Shown piece after piece: positions 1-9,367 of a stretch of 24,000 nt of DNA. Source of the stretch: Microbacterium phage Shocker; sequence record NC_073470.1; one strand, 5' to 3'. A program made the position numbers and the translations under genes. The notes beneath the pieces are model-generated. The model had not been told where the DNA came from and ran no database searches. It was given only the letters and a program-made list of their open reading frames with translations. How positions within the stretch are numbered: the first letter of the stretch is position 1; every line of letters begins with the position of its first letter.

Positions 1-2
1 TC

Positions 3-737
3 ATGGTTCGCAGCTTTGATGTTAGCTCCGGAGGCAGCTCGGGCCGAGGGCGCTCCGGCGGTGCAACCTGGGGTCGTGGGGGCAGTGGTCGCCAGGCCAC
101 GTCGTTCGCCAAGCCCGCGAAGAAGAGTGGTGGCACGATCGCCAAGCCGATCGGACGCCAGGCATCCCCCGCCCCTCAGCCGCGACAGCAGCCTCAGCAG
201 CAGCAGTCGTGGGGAGGCCCAATCGACCTGGGTGGCGGTGGTCCCATCAGCAGCTTCTCTGCCCCCGCTCCTGTCGTGGCAGCCCCGTCCGAGGACGACT
301 ACCTCTCCGGAGACTCGGGATACCAGACGCAGATGAGTGCGCTTCAGGGAGCCCTTCAGCGTTACCTGGCAGATTCCACGTTCCAGCGGAACAACTACAG
401 CACCGACTACGGCCGGTCCCTTCGCGAGCTCGGCTACGACGAGGGCACGAAGGCGTGGAACTGGAATGACCAGCTCACCGCGGCAGGCAAGGGCTATCAG
501 AGCCAGCTCGATGACTTCGGCTCTCGCGGGATGCTCCAGAGCTCCGGCTATGCCAACGCCTTCCAGGACCTCCAGCGTCTTCTGGGCCAGCAGTACGATG
601 CCATGTCGTCCGCGAAGAACACCTTCATGACCGACCTGGACAACCAGACCGCGAACTACAAGGCGGAGAACACGGCCAGCCAGCAGGCGGCTCGCGCCGA
701 GGCGCTTGCCCGCCGTGCCGCTCAGTACGGCCTGTAA
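3..737 (+). CDS. Gly/Gln-rich probable virion-associated protein
   Basis: Open ORF, 244 aa; N-terminal GRGGSGRQATSFAKP motif shared with the next gene; next gene starts 12 nt downstream after an AAAGGAG Shine-Dalgarno. Confidence 0.75.
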   Translation: MVRSFDVSSGGSSGRGRSGGATWGRGGSGRQATSFAKPAKKSGGTIAKPIGRQASPAPQPRQQPQQQQSWGGPIDLGGGGPISSFSAPAPVVAAPSEDDYLSGDSGYQTQMSALQGALQRYLADSTFQRNNYSTDYGRSLRELGYDEGTKAWNWNDQLTAAGKGYQSQLDDFGSRGMLQSSGYANAFQDLQRLLGQQYDAMSSAKNTFMTDLDNQTANYKAENTASQQAARAEALARRAAQYGL

Positions 738-740
738 AGG
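731..740 (-). repeat. CCTTTACAGG element
   Basis: Exact 10-mer (CCTGTAAAGG on + strand) spanning the stop codon of gene 1 and the Shine-Dalgarno of gene 2. Confidence 0.85.
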
Positions 741-749
741 AGAGGTCTC

Positions 750-2003
750 ATGGCCGATCGCAACAACAACGGTATCCCGGACGACAAGGAACGGAAGGGT
801 CGTGGGGGAAGTGGCCGCAAGGCCACATCCTTCGGTGGTCCCCTGAAGCCGTCGCTCCAGAACTCCGCCGATCCTCTGACGGGGCTGAGCAACTGGGCCA
901 AGGGCCAGCGTGGCTACTCTGGCCGTGGGGAGACTTACCGCCCGAGCGAGCGCTATGGCGGCCTCTTCGGCAACATCGCGAACACCGCCAACGACATCAC
1001 CCGCAACCTCGGGAACTTCTGGGGCTCGGAGATCCTCGGTGAACAGTCCCCTCGTGGTGGCGGCCGAGGCGACGCGATGGTGGGCTCCAACCCTGTCGAT
1101 CGCATCGGAGCCCCTACTCGCCGCAAGGGCGGTGTCTTCCCGAAGTCGGGTGGCCTCGGTGGCATGATGCCGGAAGAGCAGCAGATGTCCCTTGCGGACT
1201 ATCTCGCGATGGCTACCGAGCTCATCGGTGGTGCTCCGGGCGTGAACTACGACCCGCAGCGACAGGAGCTCCGCAACCGTGCCACGGAGAATGATGCCCG
1301 CCTGGAGGCCATGTACCGCCAGCTCCGAGGGTCGATCGACGCTGACGCCCCGAAGCTCCAGCAGGCATACCAGACTGCCATCGATGCGGGCCGCCAGAAC
1401 ACCGCGGACGCCCAGACTCAGACGCAGGCTGCCACGGACGCCGCGAACTCTCGGAACAACGAGGTCCTCGCGAACCTGGGCATCCAGGAGGCGCAGGGTG
1501 GGATCATCCAGAATGGTACCGATCTCAACTCGCAGACGGCCCGACAGATCAGCGACCTCGCAGCCCGAGGACAGGCGTCTGGTGACCGTCTCGTGTCGAA
1601 CCAGGCCACCGCGGTCCAGCACAACACGAACATCGGCAACGCCGCGGGCCTGGAAGGCAACCTCCAGCGTGCCTCGAACCAGGCACGCCTCCAGGCGCTC
1701 CTGGCCGAGATCGACATGAAGGAGCAGCAGGACAACGCGAGCTACCAGCAGAACGCGTTCTCTCAGCAGCTCGGCATGGCTCAGCAGCTCCTCGACTTCG
1801 ACCGCTACAACCAGGAGCGGCAGGACAACCTCCAGATGTCGGCCGCGGAGCTGGCTGCCAAGCAGCAGAACCAGTACGACCCCAACGCCTTCTGGCAGTA
1901 CATCAAGGGCCTCGGCGGAGTCGATGGCCTGGCCCCCCTGTCGGAAGACCCCAACACCCAGATCCGGCAGCTCGATCTGTACCGCAAGATCTTCGCCGGT
2001 TAG
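750..2003 (+). CDS. Probable virion-associated/internal protein (417 aa)
   Basis: ATG at 750 with AAAGGAGAGG upstream; N-terminal GRGGSGRKATSFGGP; Gln/Ala-rich helical C-terminus. Confidence 0.8.
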   Translation: MADRNNNGIPDDKERKGRGGSGRKATSFGGPLKPSLQNSADPLTGLSNWAKGQRGYSGRGETYRPSERYGGLFGNIANTANDITRNLGNFWGSEILGEQSPRGGGRGDAMVGSNPVDRIGAPTRRKGGVFPKSGGLGGMMPEEQQMSLADYLAMATELIGGAPGVNYDPQRQELRNRATENDARLEAMYRQLRGSIDADAPKLQQAYQTAIDAGRQNTADAQTQTQAATDAANSRNNEVLANLGIQEAQGGIIQNGTDLNSQTARQISDLAARGQASGDRLVSNQATAVQHNTNIGNAAGLEGNLQRASNQARLQALLAEIDMKEQQDNASYQQNAFSQQLGMAQQLLDFDRYNQERQDNLQMSAAELAAKQQNQYDPNAFWQYIKGLGGVDGLAPLSEDPNTQIRQLDLYRKIFAG

Positions 2004-2017
2004 GGTAAAGTGGCGTC

Positions 2018-5000
2018 ATGGCGTCGTTCATGGACTACTACCAGGAGGAGCTGAGGAAGCGTACACCCTCGGCTCCTTCTCGGTCTTCGCTGCCGACCAG
2101 CATCCGAACGGGCGGAGCTGCTGCTCCTGTAAAGGAGTCCGGCCCACAGTCCTTCGGCAACTGGCTGATCGACATCATCTCCCGGCCGCTCTACGCCGTG
2201 ACGAACACGATCAACAAGACCGTGGACAGCGCGGTGTCTTCCCAGGAGAAGAGCGAGGCCGGAGACTCCTCGGGGGCTGCTGGGGACGCGCTCGGCACGA
2301 TCTTCGGCATCCCGGCCCGTCTGATCGAAGGCCTGGTCTCCACCGACCCCAGCACGAAGAACAGCTTCGGGCAGACTCTTGAGAAGGTCACCGACCGCGT
2401 GGGCCTCGCGAACGACCCGTACTATGTGGACCGCGAGAACAACGTGGACCCCTTCGCAAAGGGCGTGGTCGGGTTCGCAGGCGACGTGGCCCTGGACCCG
2501 ACCACCTACATCCCTGGTGCCGTGCTGCTCAAGGGTGCCAAGGCAGGAGCTCGGGCAGCCGACCGCGGCCTCTCCGCCCTGTCGGAGGGTCTCTCTGGGG
2601 CGAACAAGGTCGAGAACGCCTCCACGATCGCCAGCCGAGCTGCTGCTGAGGCCGCTGCTGCCGAGAACATCGCCGCCGCCGCTCCGAAGACCCCGAAGCC
2701 CGCTCGCGCTGCCACGGATAATCCATTCGAGGGCATCAACAACCTCGACCCCGGAGAGTTCCGACCCTCCCGGGCTGCTGAATCCGGCAAGGTCGAGCGT
2801 CTGGACACGTTCGGCACCGATCTCGCCCGCGTTGAGGAGTTCCTGGGCGGCCCTGTTCCGCGTCCTGCCCGTCCTGCTGGGGTTCCGGATCGTCTGGCTC
2901 TCGAAACGGCCGGAGACGTGGCTCCTGGAGCTGCTCGGACGGCTCCCACGCCTCCTCCCCCTGCCTCCCCTGTCGATGACCTCCTCTCGGGCGCTCAGCG
3001 GGCTCCGGAGCCCGAGGCCCCCCGCATCCCGGACGAGGTAATGGACGAGAACGGAGCTATCCCGACAGGCGGGGGCTCGATCGAGGACATCATCAACCAG
3101 AGCCCGAACCGCCAGCCGATCGCGGACGTGCTGACTCGCCTTGCTGACGATGCTGCCACGGGGCGCACCCGACCCTTCGACGCACGGGAGTTCATCACTA
3201 CCACCAAGGAGAAGCTTTACACGCAGCTCCCGGGTGACCCGATCCAGAAGAACTACAGCATCCGCGAGCTGGCGAACATCGCCACGGTGAGCAAGGGTAC
3301 GCCCCGAGGCACCGCCGCGACGAAGGCCGTGGTCGATGCCATCTCTCGTGAGAAGCTCGCTCGCAGCGGTGAGGCCGCTACTCCGATGGACGCTCTCAGC
3401 GCCTTCCAGCAGGCAGCCCGGATGGAGCCCACCGAGATGCGGAACGCCTTCGGGGACGACCTCTACGACTACCTCACCACGGTCAACTCCCCGAAGAAGA
3501 TGCACGACACGCTGACGAACATCCGCAACGTGATCGAGCCCACCGAGGGCGTCATGGACGTGCTCCGGAACATGGACCAGAACCTCTCCCGTCTGCTGTC
3601 GCAGCGCCTCGGCATTCCCCGGGCCTCGAAGCCGAAGACGCCGGAGGAGGCTGCTGACCTCGCAGAGAAGATGCTCCGCGCCAACGAGCCCTACCAGGCG
3701 GCTCTCGCGAAGGGGCTGGCGAAGGCCCTCGACACGGAGCTCACCGACCTCGCGGAGAAGGGCTACCTGCACTACATCCAGAAGCTCGGGATGAAGGTGG
3801 CCCGCACGTCGAAGAAGGCGGGTGAAGGCAAGGGCCGGTTCGTGGACCAGCTCAACGGCTTCAGCCAGTACACCATGCTCCGGAACCAGTCCGATGCGAT
3901 CGACATGGCTGCTCTCGACATCATCCGCTCCCGCGGCCTCAAGGGAGACGGCTACCGAGACCTTTACAGTGCTCAGCGCACTGAGGTCTACAAGGAGGCC
4001 GTGCTCCGCGTGATGGAAGACCAGGCGAAGCTGCTGGACGACATCGGAGCTCACATGAGCATCGGTGTCGGGGCGGACACGACCATGCTCTCGATGAGCG
4101 AGGTCTACCGCTCCCTGCTTGCCTCGGCTGATGAGCTGGGTATGGCTCGCACGATCGATCAGGGGCTCTTCAACTACGGCACCCAGGCTGCTCCGACCGC
4201 GGTGACCGATGCCGTGTCGGCCGCCCTGCACGGAGCGTCTCGCGAGGACATTCTCGCGGTCCTCACCGACCCGAAGAAGTACGGGAACAAGGGCCTCCTG
4301 AAGAACAGCCAGGGACGCCGCCCGAACAACCTCATCGACTCCGGTCACGGCTGGGGCTCCCTCAACCGCAACTCGCTGGCGGACATCGCCCGTGAGCTCG
4401 GCGTGGACAACAACACCGTGAAGGCGATGATCCGACGCAAGGAGCGCGGTCGCACCTCGAAGACCACGGGCCAGACCCGGAAGGCCGACCACTACTACCT
4501 CAGCTACAAGGTGGGGGATCGCAACCTCATGGCCGAGGCCCTGACGGACACCATCCTGAAGTCAGTGGATGACCTCAAGCTCCGGGCTGCTGAGAACGAG
4601 TCGGCCTTCGTGTCTCGCACTCGACAGGAGATCCACAAGCTCTCCAGCGATGAGCTGTCGAAGATCGAGTCGTTCCTGAAGGACCCCTCTGGCACCATCC
4701 TGAAGATCCGGGCGTTCGCCGCTCGGAAGAAGCGCATCGAGGCGGACGCTGCCGCGATGAACGCTTCGGTGGACGCAGCCCGAGGGGCCGAGGAGACAGT
4801 GGATGCTGCCCTGGGCCAGGAGCTCGTGAGCACGATGGCTGCTGCCGACCGAGGGCAGAGCAAGGCCGCGTCTGCTACCACAGAGGTCGAACTTCGGGAA
4901 GCAACCGACACCTTTACAGGTGGCACCTGGGACAGCATCAAGGACGAGTGGGACGAGCGCCCCTCTGCCTCCGATGTCGAGGACCCCATCACGGGTCTTC

Positions 5001-7249
5001 GGCCGAACGAAGAGTGGGCTGATGTCGTGGACGAGGGCACTCCGTTGGCGGGTGACTGGACCGACATGCTCTTCGATGAGGCGGCTGAGTTCATCCAGAA
5101 GGGTGCGAAGAAGAGCTCGAAGAAGAAGGGGCGGAAGGGTCCCTACGTCGATCTGTCGGAGGACGCCCCCGCGATGGTGGACGCCTTCGGCCAGCGGATC
5201 ATCGACCCCTACGGGATCATGAAGCACAAGGTCCGTCTCTGGTTCGACCAGAACTACCTGGCACCGAACGCGATGCGGACGGCCCACGCCTGGCAGAACA
5301 GCATGTCGATGCGGACGGCCTACGTCGGTCACCAGCTCAACGCCATCCACAAGGCAGCTCGGAAGATCAGCGACGACCCGAACCTCCTCCAGAACGTCTT
5401 CGCTGCCATCCAGCGCGGTGAGAGCTTCGGATCGGACGAGGCTGTAAAGGGCCTGGACGAGATGATCCGCGGTGTGCTCGGGGACTTCTTTGATCTGGAC
5501 GCCTCGGGATCGATGGGCAACGTCTTCCTCCGCACCACGGGACAGCCGGAGCTCGTGAACGCGATGCTCAAGCAGAAGGGCATCGACCAGGCGTTCGACC
5601 TCGGCCTGGCGAAGAAGACCGCAGCCGCCAAGAGCATCCCCCTCGATCAGGCCCTCGCTGACCAGTGGAAGGGTTGGAAGGTCACCGACCCGCTGGACTT
5701 CATGCACCGCATGAGCCAGGCCCGACAGGAGCTCGCCTTCAACAAGGGAGCCGCCCTCAGCTTCATGGACATGGCCCGATCGAAGGGTGCTGTGTCGAAC
5801 AAGAAGGCTCCGGGCTTCGTCCGCATCCAGGCGTCTGGGGACAGCCGCTTCGCCGCTCACCTCCCTCAGGACGTGTATGTGAAGCGTGAGCTGGCCGAGG
5901 AGCTCCGTCGCGTTGAGCAGGTCTACCGCACCTCGCGAGAGTTCCAGGGGCAGCTCGGGGACTTCGTGCGCAACGTCTACGCCCCCCTGCTCAACTCCTG
6001 GAAGTTCGCGATCACCCTGCCTCGCCCGGGGCACCACATCCGGAACCTGATCGGTGACACCTCGGTGACCTGGATGCGTCGCGGCAACCAGCACTTCACG
6101 CGATCGTGGAAGGATGCTGTAAAGCTGCTCTCGACCCGGGCCAACTACGCCGACGTGAACATGCTGGAGGCCGCGAACCGCTACGGACTGAAGGACCTCC
6201 CGAAGGGCGGGGACACCCTCATCACCAGCGGCAAGTTCGAGTTCACCGTGGATGAGCTCTACGCAGCCCTGGCTGAGGGTGGAGCCCTTCCGACCTACCA
6301 GATCGGTGAGGACTTCGTGAACGCCGGGGGGATGCTCAACGACATCCTCGGGAAGGTGACCCTCCGGGACACGCGACTGGGCGAGCAGCTCGGAAAGCTG
6401 TCGGAGGGACGTGACCACCTGGCGCGCTTCCAGCACTTCATCCAGGCACTCCGACAGGATGCCCCGAAGTGGAAGGGCTCCCGCGAGGATCTCCTCCAGA
6501 ACGCGATCCGCGAGGTCATCAAGTACCACCCGGACGCTTCGCTGCTCACCACGGCTGAGAGCAAGATCCGCCTCGCGATCCCCTTCTACTCCTGGTTCGG
6601 GAAGATCCTCCCCGCCCTGGTGGAATCGATGGTCATGCACCCCGGCCGACTCTCGACCTTCAACAAGGCGAGCTTCAACTGGGCTGTGGCGAACGGCCTT
6701 GATCCGGAGTCCCTGTCGGACCCGTTCCCGGACGACCAGCTCTTCCCGAGCTTCATCACCGAGAGCGTGCTCGGCCCGCAGTTCCTCGGCGGTGCACTGC
6801 CGCTGCCTGGCGGGGACCAGCAGTACATCCGCATGAACCCGGGTATCGCCCACCTGGACGTTCTCGACACCCTGGGCACGGACCCCCTCCGGGGCATCGC
6901 GGGCATGACGAGCCCTCTCGTCCGTGTTCCCGCCGAGCTCCTGTCAGGAGGCTCCTGGAGCACTGGCGGCCGGATCAACGACTGGAGCGACTACCTCGAC
7001 CAGAGCATCCCGGGTCTGAACTACCTGGCGAACGTCTCTGGAGTCTCGCCCACGGGTAGCGTAGAGTCTCTGCTGTCGGGACAGGGCCTCGACCAGCAGG
7101 CTCAGGTGGCGAAGGGTAACAAGACCGACTTCGACAAGTACCTCTCGGTGGCGAACTGGATCACGGGCCTCGGCCTTCAGAACCTCTCGCGGCCGAACTA
7201 CATCAACTACGCCGAGATCGAGCGGCGTAACGAAGCAGGGAGCAAGTGA
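2018..7249 (+). CDS. Very large putative internal virion / DNA-ejection-like protein (1743 aa)
   Basis: Continuous 5.2 kb ORF in the structural arm just upstream of virion-type murein hydrolases; function inferred from size and position only. Confidence 0.85.
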   Translation: MASFMDYYQEELRKRTPSAPSRSSLPTSIRTGGAAAPVKESGPQSFGNWLIDIISRPLYAVTNTINKTVDSAVSSQEKSEAGDSSGAAGDALGTIFGIPARLIEGLVSTDPSTKNSFGQTLEKVTDRVGLANDPYYVDRENNVDPFAKGVVGFAGDVALDPTTYIPGAVLLKGAKAGARAADRGLSALSEGLSGANKVENASTIASRAAAEAAAAENIAAAAPKTPKPARAATDNPFEGINNLDPGEFRPSRAAESGKVERLDTFGTDLARVEEFLGGPVPRPARPAGVPDRLALETAGDVAPGAARTAPTPPPPASPVDDLLSGAQRAPEPEAPRIPDEVMDENGAIPTGGGSIEDIINQSPNRQPIADVLTRLADDAATGRTRPFDAREFITTTKEKLYTQLPGDPIQKNYSIRELANIATVSKGTPRGTAATKAVVDAISREKLARSGEAATPMDALSAFQQAARMEPTEMRNAFGDDLYDYLTTVNSPKKMHDTLTNIRNVIEPTEGVMDVLRNMDQNLSRLLSQRLGIPRASKPKTPEEAADLAEKMLRANEPYQAALAKGLAKALDTELTDLAEKGYLHYIQKLGMKVARTSKKAGEGKGRFVDQLNGFSQYTMLRNQSDAIDMAALDIIRSRGLKGDGYRDLYSAQRTEVYKEAVLRVMEDQAKLLDDIGAHMSIGVGADTTMLSMSEVYRSLLASADELGMARTIDQGLFNYGTQAAPTAVTDAVSAALHGASREDILAVLTDPKKYGNKGLLKNSQGRRPNNLIDSGHGWGSLNRNSLADIARELGVDNNTVKAMIRRKERGRTSKTTGQTRKADHYYLSYKVGDRNLMAEALTDTILKSVDDLKLRAAENESAFVSRTRQEIHKLSSDELSKIESFLKDPSGTILKIRAFAARKKRIEADAAAMNASVDAARGAEETVDAALGQELVSTMAAADRGQSKAASATTEVELREATDTFTGGTWDSIKDEWDERPSASDVEDPITGLRPNEEWADVVDEGTPLAGDWTDMLFDEAAEFIQKGAKKSSKKKGRKGPYVDLSEDAPAMVDAFGQRIIDPYGIMKHKVRLWFDQNYLAPNAMRTAHAWQNSMSMRTAYVGHQLNAIHKAARKISDDPNLLQNVFAAIQRGESFGSDEAVKGLDEMIRGVLGDFFDLDASGSMGNVFLRTTGQPELVNAMLKQKGIDQAFDLGLAKKTAAAKSIPLDQALADQWKGWKVTDPLDFMHRMSQARQELAFNKGAALSFMDMARSKGAVSNKKAPGFVRIQASGDSRFAAHLPQDVYVKRELAEELRRVEQVYRTSREFQGQLGDFVRNVYAPLLNSWKFAITLPRPGHHIRNLIGDTSVTWMRRGNQHFTRSWKDAVKLLSTRANYADVNMLEAANRYGLKDLPKGGDTLITSGKFEFTVDELYAALAEGGALPTYQIGEDFVNAGGMLNDILGKVTLRDTRLGEQLGKLSEGRDHLARFQHFIQALRQDAPKWKGSREDLLQNAIREVIKYHPDASLLTTAESKIRLAIPFYSWFGKILPALVESMVMHPGRLSTFNKASFNWAVANGLDPESLSDPFPDDQLFPSFITESVLGPQFLGGALPLPGGDQQYIRMNPGIAHLDVLDTLGTDPLRGIAGMTSPLVRVPAELLSGGSWSTGGRINDWSDYLDQSIPGLNYLANVSGVSPTGSVESLLSGQGLDQQAQVAKGNKTDFDKYLSVANWITGLGLQNLSRPNYINYAEIERRNEAGSK

Positions 7250-7950
7250 TGGTCAACAGCGCATCGCAGGCCCTCGCAGAGTTCAAGTCTCAGCGAATGG
7301 GCGGCCTCCTGTCGGGATTCGGCTCCACGGCCGAAGCCCCCACGATCGCCAGCACGTCCCTCTCGGACAGTGCAGGTGCTCGGATGGCACGCTCGGCTCC
7401 GAAGCGGAGCTCTACCGCCTTCCTGGACCAGGTGCGTCAGCAGGGACAGCGCTTCCACAACACCGCTCTCGCGGGAATCCAGGCCAAGCAGCAGGCACAG
7501 CAGGCGCAGCAGAGCCAGCAGATGCAGGCTGGACGAGCCGCGGGATACAGCCTCCCCAGCGGAGCAGGTGGCTCCGGCAAGATGGCCTCCAGGGGACGGG
7601 GTAGGTATGGCCTTCAGGGTGGAGCCTCGGCCGCCTTTACAGCTCTCGAAGGTGCCTACGCGCGAGCCTTCGGTGGGGGCATCCCTGTCGTGGAAGGCTA
7701 CCGAGACTACGCGAACCAGGTGAAGGCCTGGAACAACTACCAGCGAGGCGGCCCCCGAGCAGCCAAGCCGGGAACCTCCCTGCACGGCTCCGGAATCGCA
7801 ATCGACCTCGGAGGCCCGATCCAGCAGACCGGCACCAAGCAGCACGCATGGCTCCGAGCGAACGCTTCGCAGTTCGGTTGGTACTGGGTGGGACAGCGCT
7901 ACGGTGAGCCGTGGCACTGGGAGTATCGCCCGGAGTGGGCGAAGAGGTGA
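7249..7950 (+). CDS. M15-family peptidase-like (D-Ala-D-Ala carboxypeptidase/L-Ala-D-Glu type) protein with Gln-rich N-terminal extension
   Basis: C-terminal motifs YRDYANQVKAWNNY...SLHGSGIAIDLGG...EPWHWEYRPEW match the SxHxxGxAxD...WHWE signature of M15 peptidases; ATG overlaps the preceding stop (TGATG). The GTG at 7246 is an alternative start. Confidence 0.85.
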   Translation: MVNSASQALAEFKSQRMGGLLSGFGSTAEAPTIASTSLSDSAGARMARSAPKRSSTAFLDQVRQQGQRFHNTALAGIQAKQQAQQAQQSQQMQAGRAAGYSLPSGAGGSGKMASRGRGRYGLQGGASAAFTALEGAYARAFGGGIPVVEGYRDYANQVKAWNNYQRGGPRAAKPGTSLHGSGIAIDLGGPIQQTGTKQHAWLRANASQFGWYWVGQRYGEPWHWEYRPEWAKR

Positions 7951-7953
7951 GTC

Positions 7954-8394
7954 ATGGAACGCAGCGACCCGTTCGAGTTCCTTCAGCGACTCCGCCAGAG
8001 TGACCAGAACCTCACACGGGCAGCACAGGCCCGCAACGCCCGACAGGGGGCCATGCAGCGCTATGTCGGTGGTGGAGGGTCATCGGGAGGCGGCAGGCCC
8101 GCAAACGGCTCTGTGGCGGCTGCTCAGCAGTATGCCCGACAGCAGCTCGCGGCCCGGGGTCTCGGAGATGCTGACTTCCAGGCCCTTGTGAGCCTCTGGA
8201 ACAAGGAGTCGGGATGGAACCCCCGAGCTCGTAACCGGAGCAGCGGTGCCTACGGCATTGCCCAGATGATGCCCATGCACGGCCGTCGCGAGGGAGCGAA
8301 GGATCAGATCGATTGGGGTATCGACTACATTCTCAGGCGGTACAGGACGCCCTCTCGTGCGTGGCAGCACTCGCAGAGGACCAACTGGTACTGA
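7954..8394 (+). CDS. Lytic transglycosylase/lysozyme-like (SLT domain) protein
   Basis: ALVSLWNKESGWNPRARNRSSGAYGIAQMMP matches the SLT motif (catalytic E plus GAYGIAQ); 146 aa. Confidence 0.85.
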   Translation: MERSDPFEFLQRLRQSDQNLTRAAQARNARQGAMQRYVGGGGSSGGGRPANGSVAAAQQYARQQLAARGLGDADFQALVSLWNKESGWNPRARNRSSGAYGIAQMMPMHGRREGAKDQIDWGIDYILRRYRTPSRAWQHSQRTNWY

Positions 8395-8432
8395 CCTTTA
8401 CAGACGGGACTTGAGGAGACCAAGCCCATAGC

Positions 8433-8477
8433 GAAGGCCCCCCGAAGGAGATCAACTCTCGACCTCGGGGGGCCTTC
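8433..8477. terminator. Bidirectional intrinsic-type hairpin between convergent transcription units
   Basis: Perfect 13-bp inverted repeat GAAGGCCCCCCGA (8433-8445) / TCGGGGGGCCTTC (8465-8477) between the + strand stop at 8394 and the - strand stop at 8505. Confidence 0.8.
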
Positions 8478-8504
8478 ATCACGAGATTGGAGATTCCGTG
8501 TACC

Positions 8505-9002
8505 CTACATCGTACCCTGGAGACCCTTCGAGCTCAAGACGCCCTTCTCCACGAGGTAGTAGTAGCCGTGGAGGTATGCGCTGTCCTGGTGGGGCAGGTG
8601 CTTCGCCTTCCCCTGGTAGTCAGCCAGGAGCTTCGCGGTTCCGAGAATCGCGCTCCTCTGTCGAGTGAAGGGGACCCCTGCTTGGATCGCGAGGATCTCG
8701 ACCGCTCCGATGCATTCGGACGTGCCATTCCGTTGACCGCCGCGGGCACTCTTGGGGTCGTTCACGAAGTCCTCGATTACGATCTCGGTGATGCGCCAGT
8801 CGGTGCCGTTTGGTCTCGTGAAGTACAGTCCGGGAGGCATGGAAGGTCGGTAAGCCTGCTGCCCCCATAGACTTCTGCACAGCTCCTCGAACGACATTGA
8901 CGATCGAACAACCTCCAGCCCACTGTGCCGTGAGAACAGCGCCCACCCGATCGTGCGCTCTCCTTTGTAGGAGCGGCCGGGGTCGATCGCGAGGAGGGTC
9001 AT
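8505..9002 (-). CDS. RuvC-like Holliday junction resolvase/nuclease-fold protein
   Basis: N-terminal MTLLAIDPGRS...TIGWALF, central ITEIVIEDFV, C-terminal HLPHQDSAYLHG: the D...E...DxxDA arrangement of RuvC/RNase H-like phage resolvases. Confidence 0.7.
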   Translation of the reverse strand: MTLLAIDPGRSYKGERTIGWALFSRHSGLEVVRSSMSFEELCRSLWGQQAYRPSMPPGLYFTRPNGTDWRITEIVIEDFVNDPKSARGGQRNGTSECIGAVEILAIQAGVPFTRQRSAILGTAKLLADYQGKAKHLPHQDSAYLHGYYYLVEKGVLSSKGLQGTM

Positions 9003-9367
9003 CGCGCACCCCCAGCAGCGTCACCACGGAAGTGGCTCAGGTCGCGAACGCCGAGAGGGTTCCTCGATCCCGAGTGGAGAGCGTTCGCTTCCGTCTGGCG
9101 CTGGATCTGGTAGTCGATCGGCAGGCCGGTTATCGAGTAGAGGTACTGACCGATCACCAACCCCAAGAACGCGATGCCCTCGTGCTGGACCGCCGCCGCG
9201 AGAGCGTCATAGCGCTCATCGTCGAGGATCGTGCGAACGTCCACGTCCCGGTACTCCTGACGGCCGCTGGCGGACGTTCCGACGTGGAAGGTCGCTCCGA
9301 TTGCTTCCTCGATCGGCTTGCACGCTAGATCGAGGAGGAACATCTGTCTCGGACTGAACGCGCTCAT
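8999..9367 (-). CDS. Hypothetical protein (122 aa)
   Basis: ATGA overlap with the downstream gene; coding-consistent, no recognised domain. Confidence 0.6.
   Translation of the reverse strand: MSAFSPRQMFLLDLACKPIEEAIGATFHVGTSASGRQEYRDVDVRTILDDERYDALAAAVQHEGIAFLGLVIGQYLYSITGLPIDYQIQRQTEANALHSGSRNPLGVRDLSHFRGDAAGGAR

Noticed and set aside
3211-3222. GCTTTACACG as an extra CCTTTACAGG copy
   Set aside because: Matches only CTTTACA with the distal half changed; not counted.
2000-4492. 830-aa ORF on the - strand opposite the large virion gene
   Set aside because: Composition (V/L/R/H-rich, no motif) is typical of an antisense shadow of a high-GC gene; the + strand frame has coherent protein features and coupled neighbours.
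4562-6853. 763-aa ORF on the - strand
   Set aside because: Antisense shadow of the 1743-aa gene; no Shine-Dalgarno or domain support.
8487-8870. 127-aa + strand ORF overlapping the RuvC-like gene
   Set aside because: Its start overlaps the ATTGGAG motif but the sequence is a shadow of the motif-bearing - strand gene; transcription here remains to be tested.
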